Assembly (NCBI GenBank): GCA_043813075.1
Contig: JBDRLL010000010.1
Location: forward strand, 64,001 to 128,000
Direction: 5' to 3'
Length of the DNA: 64,000 nucleotides
From: Candidatus Altiarchaeota archaeon
GTDB lineage: Archaea > Altiarchaeota > Altiarchaeia > IMC4 > SCGC-AAA252-I15
In this document: piece by piece, positions 44,507 through 53,634 of the stretch
Numbering within the stretch: the stretch's first letter is position 1
How the letters are laid out: every line of letters starts with the position of its first letter
Notes under the pieces: model-generated
Database searches by the model: none
Seen by the model: only the letters and a program-made list of their open reading frames with translations
Told to the model about the DNA's origin: nothing
Program-made: the position numbers and the translations under genes

Positions 44507-45814
44507 ATGAATTCGAGGAACATTTTACTGTTTTTCATTCTAGTACTGTTTGCGGTCTCAGCATACTCCCTAACCACCCGAATCAAAGTCCGGGAAGAAA
44601 CGCCTTTTAACGGTGTTGGCTTGGGTGGGGATGGTGCCGGCAGCTACCATGGAGCCAACATACTGTTGATAAGCGTTGACTGCATGCGGAAGGATCACAT
44701 TGGCTTTTACGGTTATGCCCGGAACACGACTCCCGTTATAGACGAGCTCGCCGAGTCGTCGACCGTCTTCATGAGGGCCTATAGCCATGCCCCCTGGACA
44801 CACCCCTCCCTGTCCTCACTGCATACTGGACTGCACCCCCTGCAGCATGGTGTCACCGGGTGGAACCATGTACTCAGCGAGAATTTGACTACTCTGGCTG
44901 AAGTGCTCCAGTCGAACGGCTACCATACCGAGGCTTATGTAAGCCATCTGCTCCTCGAGAGCAGGTACGGGTACCCTCAGGGATTTGACTATTACGACGA
45001 GTCGGTCATGGAGATAGGCCACCCTCATCATGTCTCCACGTCAAGGGAGCTGACGGATACGGTGATTAACCGTTCATCCGGGTGGGGGAGTCCCTTCTTC
45101 GTGTGGGTGCACTATTTTGATCCGCACTTCAGGTACATGCGGCATGAAGAATTCGATTACGGTAGGGCTAGTATAGACAGGTATGACAGCGAGATATCGT
45201 ACACCGACTATCATATCGGGCGTCTGCTCGACAATCTTAGGGATATGGGTCTGTATGACAAGACAATCATCATCGTCATGGCGGATCATGGGGAGGAGTT
45301 CGGGGAGCATGGCGGTAACTTGCACAAGAAGCTTTATAACGAGATAATAAACATCCCGTTGATTATGCGTGTCCCAGGGGTCGAGCACAAGGTCGTTGAT
45401 GAGTCTGTTGTTGAGAGCGACTTGATGCCGACGCTCATAAAGCTTGTTGGAGCGAACGCTTCTCTCGACTTATATGGTGTCGCGATGCCTCTCACGGATG
45501 GTGGTTTTGTGCCTGAAGGCAGGGCCGTGTACTCTGAGACCAGGCGATACATTGACTCGATGAGCATAATAGACGGTGAGAGCAAGCTGGTTATAAACAA
45601 TACCCGGAGGGGGACTTCACTGGAGCTGTTTAACCTGACTGCGGATCCGGGTGAACTCAGCAACATAGCATCCAGGAGGGATTCGAGGGCGTTGGCTGAA
45701 AGGCTTCAGCAGAAACTCATCGACTTCTACTCTGAACCTGCTGGTGACGTGGTGTCTCTTGAGCTTAGCAAACAGCAATTGAAGATGCTGAAGGACCTTG
45801 GCTATGTTGACTGA
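44507..45814 (+). CDS. Membrane-anchored sulfatase-like protein, tandem paralogue
   Basis: APWTHPS, HYFDPH, ADHGEEFGEHG, LKDLGY. Confidence 0.9.
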   Translation: MNSRNILLFFILVLFAVSAYSLTTRIKVREETPFNGVGLGGDGAGSYHGANILLISVDCMRKDHIGFYGYARNTTPVIDELAESSTVFMRAYSHAPWTHPSLSSLHTGLHPLQHGVTGWNHVLSENLTTLAEVLQSNGYHTEAYVSHLLLESRYGYPQGFDYYDESVMEIGHPHHVSTSRELTDTVINRSSGWGSPFFVWVHYFDPHFRYMRHEEFDYGRASIDRYDSEISYTDYHIGRLLDNLRDMGLYDKTIIIVMADHGEEFGEHGGNLHKKLYNEIINIPLIMRVPGVEHKVVDESVVESDLMPTLIKLVGANASLDLYGVAMPLTDGGFVPEGRAVYSETRRYIDSMSIIDGESKLVINNTRRGTSLELFNLTADPGELSNIASRRDSRALAERLQQKLIDFYSEPAGDVVSLELSKQQLKMLKDLGYVD

Positions 45815-45817
45815 TCG

Positions 45818-47005
45818 TTAGCCGGTCAATTGTTCCATTACTTCAGCCAGCTTATCCTTAGTCATGCCGCCTCCGAAACCCATCCTAAAGTGCTTTAGTA
45901 TGTGTTCGAATCCGCTGAATTTCCCGCCGAAGCTGGAGCCTGGCACAAAACCCGTCTTCTTTTCCGACGCCGTCTTGCGTACGAATTCCTCCGCATCGCC
46001 ACCGTCAGGGGTCGTGGGGAATATCATGTAAGTGCCCGCGGGCTTGTAGGGGAATTCGCACCCCCATTCTGTGAGATAATCCTGCGCCAACCTGCTTTTC
46101 TCCCTGTATCCGTCTACCACAGGCTTCAGGAATGAGAGCTTCGGGTCGTCATCAAGTATTGCGTTTATGCCTGCCTGTATGCCCCTGCTAGCCCCTGCAC
46201 TAAGGTTCCTGAAGTAGAAGCCGACCATCTCGTGTGCCGCGAGTATCTCAGGGGATACTCTTATGAACCCCATCCTCACGTCAGGCTTGATTATCTTCGA
46301 GAATGATGACACAAGACTGACCTTGCTGTTTATCTCCTCGCCAAGGCTTGCTGGAGAAGTGTATGGCGTCCTGTCCCTGTCGAATATGATGTACTTGTAT
46401 GGCTCGTCAGTGATTATCTGGAGGTCGTTGGAGACAGCCCAACCGCACATCTTCCTCAACTCCGACTCTTCCACGAGAGATCCCGTCGGATTTGCGGGAA
46501 GGTTTATGTAGACTCCAGCAGTCTTGTCGGTCAATGCGTTGGAGGCGTTTTCCTCGATGAACCTGCCGTCCTCAAAGAGTGATACTGGCACTCCATTGTT
46601 CCCCGAGTGGGCTATCATGTTGTGTATCGTGCCCCAGCACGGCGTCATGACGAGTATGTCGCTGCCCTGCTTGAATATCGAGAAGATGAACTGAAGCGCC
46701 TGTGAGGCCCCTATGGTGACGTACATCCTGTTGACGTCCTCCTCTGTCAGTATGGCTCCGAAGTTGGATTCCATCTCAACTATGCTCTTCCTCAAGTATT
46801 CTTCGCCGACGAAGGGCGGGTAGCCTGGCAGGCCCTTAACCTCCTGCTCGTAGACTGCTTTAGCGTATTTCTCAAGGATATCCTTTGGTATGGGGTCTGG
46901 TATCCCTATCGTCATCATGTTAACAGCTCCTGACTCTTTCGCCACATTCACCCAGTACCTGATCGGGTCTGGCACAATCCTCCCTAAGTTGTCAGTCAAA
47001 TCCAT
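45818..47005 (-). CDS. PLP-dependent aminotransferase, class I/II
   Basis: G.PD, P.NPTG, DEPY, SFSK (PLP lysine), RMG. ATG at 47005 after a GAGGGGT SD. Confidence 0.88.
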   Translation of the reverse strand: MDLTDNLGRIVPDPIRYWVNVAKESGAVNMMTIGIPDPIPKDILEKYAKAVYEQEVKGLPGYPPFVGEEYLRKSIVEMESNFGAILTEEDVNRMYVTIGASQALQFIFSIFKQGSDILVMTPCWGTIHNMIAHSGNNGVPVSLFEDGRFIEENASNALTDKTAGVYINLPANPTGSLVEESELRKMCGWAVSNDLQIITDEPYKYIIFDRDRTPYTSPASLGEEINSKVSLVSSFSKIIKPDVRMGFIRVSPEILAAHEMVGFYFRNLSAGASRGIQAGINAILDDDPKLSFLKPVVDGYREKSRLAQDYLTEWGCEFPYKPAGTYMIFPTTPDGGDAEEFVRKTASEKKTGFVPGSSFGGKFSGFEHILKHFRMGFGGGMTKDKLAEVMEQLTG

Positions 47006-47018
47006 TTTACCCCTCATT

Positions 47019-48041
47019 CTAGCCGAAGAACTTCTCCGCCAGCTCATACCAGTAGTCGTCGACGCGTTTTTCCTTAACCGCATCCTTCAGGGGGACGGTG
47101 ACTATCTCATCGCATTTCAAGCCCACCATGAGTCCGAACTTCCCTTCAGAGACTAGTTCAACCGCCTTAACGCCGAATCTTGTCGCGAGTATCCTGTCAG
47201 ACACCGTAGGGATCCCACCCCTCTGGGTGTGTCCGAGTATTATAGCCCTAGTGTCGAACCCTGTTATCCTCCTTATCTCGTTTTTCAGCCAGTATCCCAC
47301 TCCCCCGAGAGTATGGTATCCGAAAGCATCCTCCTCCTCCTCTTTTGTTATCGCCTCCTTCCCTTTCTCGTGGGCGCCTTCCGCGACAACCATTATCGTG
47401 AAGTTCCTCCTCTCGTGCCTCTTCCGTATTATCCCGCATACCTCGTTGATGTCAAACGGCTTCTCTGGGATAAGTATTATGTCCGCGCCACCGGCGATGC
47501 CTGACATTACTGCGATCCATCCTGCGTTACGCCCCATGACTTCCACTATCATGACTCTGTGGTGGGATTCTGCTGTAGTGTGGACCCTGTCTATAGCCTC
47601 GACGGCCACGTGGAGTGCGGTGTCGAATCCTATGGTCCTCTCGGTGCCCACTATGTCATTGTCTATGGTCTTGGGTATCCCGACGATGTTGGCTCCAGCC
47701 TCGCTCATGTCGTTTGCGGCACTGAGAGTGCAGTCGCCGCCGATGACAATCAATGCGTCAAGACCAAGCCGTTCATATCCTCCCACAAGGTCTCTGGTCT
47801 TAATGTCCCTCTTGAACACGTTGGACGGCGTGGAACCCAGTATCGTACCTCCCTTCACTATCAGGCCCCCCATGCAGTCCCTGTCCAAGGGCATGGTGTC
47901 GCCGTCTATAAGGCCCTTCCAACCGTCTCTTATGCCTATGAACTCCATGCAGTGCTCGTTTATCCCTGTCCTCACTACCGCTCGTATCGCTGCGTTGAGT
48001 CCTGGGCAGTCTCCCCCGCCTGTTAGCACTCCAACCTTCAT
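47019..48041 (-). CDS. pfkA: 6-phosphofructokinase, PfkA family (atypical active site)
   Basis: TGGGDCPGLNA, GGTILGS, GGD, PKTIDND, EVMGR.AGWIA, LGHTQRGG. Confidence 0.92.
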   Translation of the reverse strand: MKVGVLTGGGDCPGLNAAIRAVVRTGINEHCMEFIGIRDGWKGLIDGDTMPLDRDCMGGLIVKGGTILGSTPSNVFKRDIKTRDLVGGYERLGLDALIVIGGDCTLSAANDMSEAGANIVGIPKTIDNDIVGTERTIGFDTALHVAVEAIDRVHTTAESHHRVMIVEVMGRNAGWIAVMSGIAGGADIILIPEKPFDINEVCGIIRKRHERRNFTIMVVAEGAHEKGKEAITKEEEEDAFGYHTLGGVGYWLKNEIRRITGFDTRAIILGHTQRGGIPTVSDRILATRFGVKAVELVSEGKFGLMVGLKCDEIVTVPLKDAVKEKRVDDYWYELAEKFFG

Positions 48042-48048
48042 CCTAAGT

Positions 48049-48984
48049 CTAAAATTCCTCCCTCGCGTCCTTCGCTGTCTTGAATATCTCCTCGAGGTTG
48101 TCTATAAGCTCATCGTTGCCGATGTATATGGGCGTCCTCTGGTCGAGTTTCTTGGGCTTGACGTCGAGGAGCGACTGGCTGCCGTTGCTGGATTTACCCC
48201 CAGCGTTCTCAGCTATCAACGCCATCGGACTGCCCTCGAACACGAGCCTTAGCTTGCCTGAGGGTTTGTTCATGAATGACGGGTATCCGAAGAAGCCGCC
48301 GTGGTGTAGTATCTGGTTGAAGTCGCCGACAAAGGAGCCGCCGTACCTCAGTTTGAGGCCTTCGCTCCTAAGCAGCCTGACGAAGAACTCGAATTCAGGA
48401 ATCCACTTGTCCGGGTTACCGCCCACCCCGTATATCTTCGCTTCAGGCATCTTCATGTCCTCGTGGAGCAGCATGAAGTTCTGATGGCATTTGCTGCATT
48501 TCACGAACTCGTAGACCTTGCCGTCAAACGTCAGGACCAGGCTGGTGAGCGGTCCGTATAGCTTGTACAATGCGGCAACCTGTTTTCTCCCTTCCACCGG
48601 AAGTTTAACGTCCTTGTATATCCCCACTATGGTGCCGAACAGGTTGTTGCTCTTCACGTTCGAGGAGCCGTCCAACGGGTCCATGGTGACTACGAAGGAT
48701 CCGGTGCCGTCTTCCGAGTCGACCGGGCCGTCCAGTTCCTCTGAGGCTACCGTCTTCACGACGCCTGTCTTGAACAATTCTTCCATAAGGAAGTCGTTGG
48801 TCCAGACGTCCAGCGCCTTCTGGTCTTCACCGTAAATGTTCTTGGTCCCAGCGTCGCCGAGCCTGTGTGGGAACTCGTTGCTGACGTGTATCGACAGGTT
48901 GCTGAAGTCTAAAATCAGTTTGCCTAATTCCTCGTCATCGCAGTTTTCCGATAGAAAATCCTCAAGTTTTACTTCTCCATGCAT
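48049..48984 (-). CDS. fbp: Class I fructose-1,6-bisphosphatase
   Basis: N..GE.QK.LDV, ASEE, DPLDGSSN, RYGGS.VGD, KLRL.FE..PMA...E.AGG. Confidence 0.95.
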   Translation of the reverse strand: MHGEVKLEDFLSENCDDEELGKLILDFSNLSIHVSNEFPHRLGDAGTKNIYGEDQKALDVWTNDFLMEELFKTGVVKTVASEELDGPVDSEDGTGSFVVTMDPLDGSSNVKSNNLFGTIVGIYKDVKLPVEGRKQVAALYKLYGPLTSLVLTFDGKVYEFVKCSKCHQNFMLLHEDMKMPEAKIYGVGGNPDKWIPEFEFFVRLLRSEGLKLRYGGSFVGDFNQILHHGGFFGYPSFMNKPSGKLRLVFEGSPMALIAENAGGKSSNGSQSLLDVKPKKLDQRTPIYIGNDELIDNLEEIFKTAKDAREEF

Positions 48985-49046
48985 GTTAACACCAGTGGTT
49001 TAACTATATGTAGTGTAATTTAAATCCATCCTTCGTGTATTATTAC

Positions 49047-49604
49047 ATGCCAACGACTACTGACAGTAAGGACGGTTCTTTCCAGCGTGTTAAGCGTATT
49101 CTCGACGAGCGGTCTGGTGATGCGGCGACTCGCGCTAGGGTGGAGGAGGCCGCGAGCTCTGGGAATATAAAGGGTATAGACACTTCTTCCATGGTCATGA
49201 AGGGCGGTATACTGGTCCCCAAGCAGGCTGTCGGGAGGCTTCCTTTGAAGCAGCAGTGGGAGGAGGAGGCTCGGGCAGAGCTTAGGTCAGGCAACACCCT
49301 TGTTGAGGGTTTTGACGGCAGCGTCGAAGGCGGTGTCGGATACTGGGCTAGCGGTAACGAGTTGTTCCAGGCTCAGGTGAGGCAGGAGCCTGCTGGGGGT
49401 GCGAAAGTCACTATCTCCACTAAAGACCCGCGTTTCGACGGTTTTGTTGGGGAGGTATCGTGGGGTGATGAGAGCCGGTATGCATTCTTCAGCAAGTTCG
49501 CTGGCGTGTCGTCGTGCACTGTGGACATGCCGCCAGATTTATTCACTAAAGGCGAGAGGCATAACCTCCTGTTCTCAGACGTCCGCAAGCCTGGGACGAA
49601 GTAG
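49047..49604 (+). CDS. Hypothetical protein
   Basis: About 185-aa ORF filling the gap between flanking genes; no recognisable motif. Confidence 0.55.
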   Translation: MPTTTDSKDGSFQRVKRILDERSGDAATRARVEEAASSGNIKGIDTSSMVMKGGILVPKQAVGRLPLKQQWEEEARAELRSGNTLVEGFDGSVEGGVGYWASGNELFQAQVRQEPAGGAKVTISTKDPRFDGFVGEVSWGDESRYAFFSKFAGVSSCTVDMPPDLFTKGERHNLLFSDVRKPGTK

Positions 49605-49621
49605 CATGCAACACTATTCTG

Positions 49622-51046
49622 TTACGGCAATCTTGTGGTCTTAGCGGCCATATCTGTGCGTGCGGTATTCTCTACGATATCGCATAATCTCTCCATCTTG
49701 CCGGCGTTCCTGAACAATTCTCTCTCGCAGAAGGATGCGTGTTTTCCTGAAGGGAGATTCGCGTGTAGTGTGCATGTGGAGACGAGGCCCAGGTCGATGT
49801 TATCCAGCTCGTGGAACCTGCCTATGAGTATGCTGAATATGCCCGGGAATTTGAGTTTCATAGGGCGTCTTCTTACTACAGAGCGTATCACGTCAATGCT
49901 TGAACTCAATAGCACCCTCCTTAAGATCATGTCCTTGATAATCCCCCGTAGGAATTCCATGTAGGGGGCGTTTGCTATGAGTCTGATGGTGTTGAGTGTT
50001 TTTGACTGGCCCATGTTCCTGTTTATGTCATCCAGTCTCTTATTTATCGCATGTAGGTCCAGTGTTTTTCCCAGGGCCTTCATCTCCCTGCCGTTTGTCA
50101 GTACGTAGCACCTGATCTCGCATTCAGGGACTCTGAGGCCTTTTCTCCCAGATATTTTTCGGATGATCTCAAAGAAGTTGTAGGCGAAGACTGTGGATTC
50201 TATGAAGTCATCGTCTGTTAGGTCAGATGCTTTCTGGATTTCCTCGATTATCTCTGCTTGCGTTAGGGTGTTGTCTTGCGGGCGTCTCCCTATGTTCCAC
50301 ACGCTATTGAAGTCTAGGACGCACACGTCCTTGTAATTGGATGACGAGAATTTTATGAAATCGCCTATCTGATCGTCGTTTAGCCCCTTTATCACGAGGA
50401 CAAATGGCATTATCGGTATCCTTTGTTTTTTCAGGTTTTCGACAGCATGGTTTTTAACGTCCAGCAGGTCTTCACCCCTTATCTGGATGCATTGTTGCCT
50501 GGAGAATGAGTCGAACTGTAGTATGACCATGTCTAAACCTGCTTTTTTCAGAGTCTCGACGTAATGCATGTCCTCAAGTTTCTTCCCGTTTGTGAACAGT
50601 ATGGCGTCAAATCCCCTTTTTTTGATCTCTTTTATTATCTCTGCGAGATCGTCTCTGACAGTGGGTTCGCCGCCTATGAGATAGATCCGTGAGCCCTTGA
50701 ATCCGTCAAGCATCTGGATTATCCCATCATACGTTAGTTCATCCTGACATGCATTCTCATCCGATTCTGCGAAGCAGTACGGGCATTTCTGGTTGCACCT
50801 GTATGTGATGAAGAGTTCCAAGGCTTCAGGGTAGGAGCTATGCCTGGACTCCCTGAAAAGGTTTCTAAGCGCATGATAGTGTTTTGGCTTCTCCCACATG
50901 TGCAGTGCTTTGAAATCACCATGCTTATCACATTTCTTTGCAATAAAAACCCTCCCCGACTCTTCAACGACTATCGCATCTATGATTTCTAAGCATTCCG
51001 GACAGTAACTTTTCGTATCATCCAACTTCTTCATAATGCAACCCAT
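49622..51046 (-). CDS. Radical SAM protein, MJ0619/Tes (tetraether synthase)-like family
   Basis: N-terminal T.SYCPEC...KKCDKHG.F, RCNQKCPYC, GGEPTVR, LQFD, and C-terminal PEC...CTLH...SFC. Confidence 0.75.
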   Translation of the reverse strand: MGCIMKKLDDTKSYCPECLEIIDAIVVEESGRVFIAKKCDKHGDFKALHMWEKPKHYHALRNLFRESRHSSYPEALELFITYRCNQKCPYCFAESDENACQDELTYDGIIQMLDGFKGSRIYLIGGEPTVRDDLAEIIKEIKKRGFDAILFTNGKKLEDMHYVETLKKAGLDMVILQFDSFSRQQCIQIRGEDLLDVKNHAVENLKKQRIPIMPFVLVIKGLNDDQIGDFIKFSSSNYKDVCVLDFNSVWNIGRRPQDNTLTQAEIIEEIQKASDLTDDDFIESTVFAYNFFEIIRKISGRKGLRVPECEIRCYVLTNGREMKALGKTLDLHAINKRLDDINRNMGQSKTLNTIRLIANAPYMEFLRGIIKDMILRRVLLSSSIDVIRSVVRRRPMKLKFPGIFSILIGRFHELDNIDLGLVSTCTLHANLPSGKHASFCERELFRNAGKMERLCDIVENTARTDMAAKTTRLP

Positions 51047-51093
51047 ATAGTATTATAGCGAAATATTTAACTATCATCTTTCCTGTTGATTCC

Positions 51094-52201
51094 ATGAAAG
51101 TGCTTGTTTTTGTGGGTGGGGGCGGAGGCCTTGGGACAGCAAGCAGGTCTATTGCTCTCGGCGAAAAATTCATCGGCCAGGGTTTTGACGTGGTCTTCGG
51201 TTCTTTCGGGAGATCACTCGATTTTATCAGGCGCCAGGGATTCGATGCCGGCCGGGTTTCAGCTGAAATGGGTTTTGTGTTGTCTGATGGGCATCTATCC
51301 GAAAGAGACTCCACCCTCCAGTATGTGAGGAACATGTTGTTGTTCAAGATGCGTTCACTGGCTAAATTCATCGCCAGGGAAAACCCTGATCTTATAGTGT
51401 CCGACTCCTATCTGCCTGGTGCGGTGGCCTCAGTGTTGAATGGCAAGCCCACATACCCTTTGATGAACATACTCCACAGGGAAGTATACGCGTCACGTGA
51501 GAACGGTTTCAATGTGGGGTGGCAGACTGGTGTGGGCTGTATGGGACCTTGTGTTTTCAAGGTCTGTGAACGTGTTAATCCCTGACTTTCCCCCTCCAAA
51601 CACGATATGCGGGGAAAATCTTGTGTGCACTCCAAAGTTGGCTGCAAAACTCTTGTATACCGGACCATTGATACGCGCCAGCAATGAGGACAGCAATGAT
51701 TCCCCGGCGTGTGATGTGCTTCTTGTTTTGAACACCGGATTCTCCAGTTCGTTGATGCGTGAAATAATCGAGACGATGGATGATGCGCCTGACCTAACAT
51801 GCCATGTGGTCGGCTCTCAAGCCGGAGATTGGCCTAATTCCGGAAGTTTTCAGAACATTGGCCTAACGGATAACGTCCTCCAGCATATAGTCAATTCTAA
51901 GGTTGTGGTTTCGACTGGCGGGCATACCACCATTTGCGAGTCAGTCTGCAGTGGAAAACCGATTATGTGCTCTCCAATATCGAACCATAATGAGCAGGAA
52001 AACAATATCCGATTTCTTGAGGTGAAGAAACTCGGCATTAGACTGTCTCAGGATGCGTCCCACCAGGTAGTATCTGATGGGATACGATGTCTTTTGGAGG
52101 GTGGGGAGTACAGGCTTAATTGCGGTAAATTCAGGGGTGAATACCGTCAAAACGCGGGCACATACTTTTCACGGTTGTTGAAGTCCATTAATTCATTATA
52201 G
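51094..52201 (+). pseudogene. GT-B glycosyltransferase (MJ1255/GT28-like) split by a +1 frameshift
   Basis: ORF 51094-51585 has the N-terminal part (GGGLG..SR, PDLIVSD). Overlapping ORF 51497-52201 has IPDFPPP.TIC..NL, TGP, GGHTT..E...GKP, EQ.NN. Confidence 0.75.
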
Positions 52202-53594
52202 CCTTTACTGCCCCGAACCTGCCGGCATACCTTTTCACGTCCACCCATCCTCTAATCTGCCTTAGATTTCGGAAGATGGTCTTAGGCCTTAGGAAGAATT
52301 CTCTGTAGAACTCTTTCCTGCGTTTTATCAGGTATTCCCTTGTCAGGCCTTCTGGTATGAACACCGGTTGCCATGAGTTTAATTGCGTCAGATCTGTGTT
52401 GTCGAAGGTCCCGTATCTCTTGTATGTCTCGTATAGTCTTGTGTTTGGGAGTGGTGTCATCATTAATACTGATAGTTCTGTCAGTGGGAGCGATTTCGCA
52501 AATCTTATCGTCTCCTCTATTGACTCGTGTGTTTCGGAGGGGTTGTTTATCATGAAGCATGCTTGCGTGTATAGTCCCGCCTGGTCGCTCCATTCGATGG
52601 CTTTTCTCGTATCATCTAGGGTGAATCCTTTTTTTAGCGTATCAAGTATCCTCTGGCATCCGCTTTCTGCCCCATAGAATATGTGCCACATGCCAGCGTC
52701 CTTCATCTTCACTAAAAGGTCTTTTGTCACAAGGTCTGACCTGGTGCAGCACCTCCATGCCAAGTCGATTCCCCTCTCATTAATCAGTTCACATATCTGC
52801 CCTATCCTTTTATTGTCTAACGTAAACGTGTCTTCTGTGAAGAAAATCTCCCTTGCTCCATAGTCTCTAGCCAATGATTCCATCTCATCCACCACCCTCT
52901 CGGCGCTGTTCTGCCGGTATTTGCGTCCAAACACGCTTTGGTCGCAGTATATGCAGTTGTACGGGCATCCCCTGCTGGTGACCATTGTCGTGGAAGGTAG
53001 CCTACGGTAGTTCTTAGATTCTGGTATGTACCTCCTGATGTCTGGAAGCAGGTGTCTTGCTGGAAATGGCAGGGAATCCAGGTCCTCGATAATCCTCCTT
53101 GCGTGTGTCTTCACCACATTCCCGTTTTCCCTGAATAATATGCCATCCACCCGCCTCAAGTCACCGTTCCCCTCAATAGCGTCCACTAGTTCCAGCATCG
53201 TTTCTTCTCCCTCGCCTATCACTCCAAAGTCAAAACATTCGTTGGATATGACTTCCTCAGGATTTGCTGATATGAACGGGCCGCCAATAATGATTTTTAT
53301 GTCGTCATCCGATTCTCTAATGCTTTTCGCAATCTCTAGCGTGGTGTAAAATGTCGCCGCCACGCATGTCAGCCCAACAATGTCCGTATTGTGTTTAACC
53401 ACATGGGATGTGATCTCTCCAGTGTTCAGTCCTTCAAATTCAGCATCGATTATCCTGACATCATTCCCGTCTTCCTCGAGGACTGCGGCGAGATAGCATA
53501 GTCCCAGTGGCGGTTGCTCGCCCCTGCTGCCCAAGTATCCTGTGCCATAAAGCCTCTCCAAGTCTACTGGTGGGTTTATGAACGTTACGTTCAT
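52188..53594 (-). CDS. B12-binding domain radical SAM protein
   Basis: Start MNVTFINPP at 53594; PPLGLCYLAA, GGP, GEGE, SRGCPYNCIYC, GAESG. Confidence 0.93.
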   Translation of the reverse strand: MNVTFINPPVDLERLYGTGYLGSRGEQPPLGLCYLAAVLEEDGNDVRIIDAEFEGLNTGEITSHVVKHNTDIVGLTCVAATFYTTLEIAKSIRESDDDIKIIIGGPFISANPEEVISNECFDFGVIGEGEETMLELVDAIEGNGDLRRVDGILFRENGNVVKTHARRIIEDLDSLPFPARHLLPDIRRYIPESKNYRRLPSTTMVTSRGCPYNCIYCDQSVFGRKYRQNSAERVVDEMESLARDYGAREIFFTEDTFTLDNKRIGQICELINERGIDLAWRCCTRSDLVTKDLLVKMKDAGMWHIFYGAESGCQRILDTLKKGFTLDDTRKAIEWSDQAGLYTQACFMINNPSETHESIEETIRFAKSLPLTELSVLMMTPLPNTRLYETYKRYGTFDNTDLTQLNSWQPVFIPEGLTREYLIKRRKEFYREFFLRPKTIFRNLRQIRGWVDVKRYAGRFGAVKAIMN

Positions 53595-53634
53595 GGATAT
53601 ATCTTTCGAAATCGTCTTATAATACTCTTGTTGA

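Noticed and set aside
47098-48252. 384-aa plus-strand ORF
   Set aside because: Antisense shadow of pfkA and fbp.
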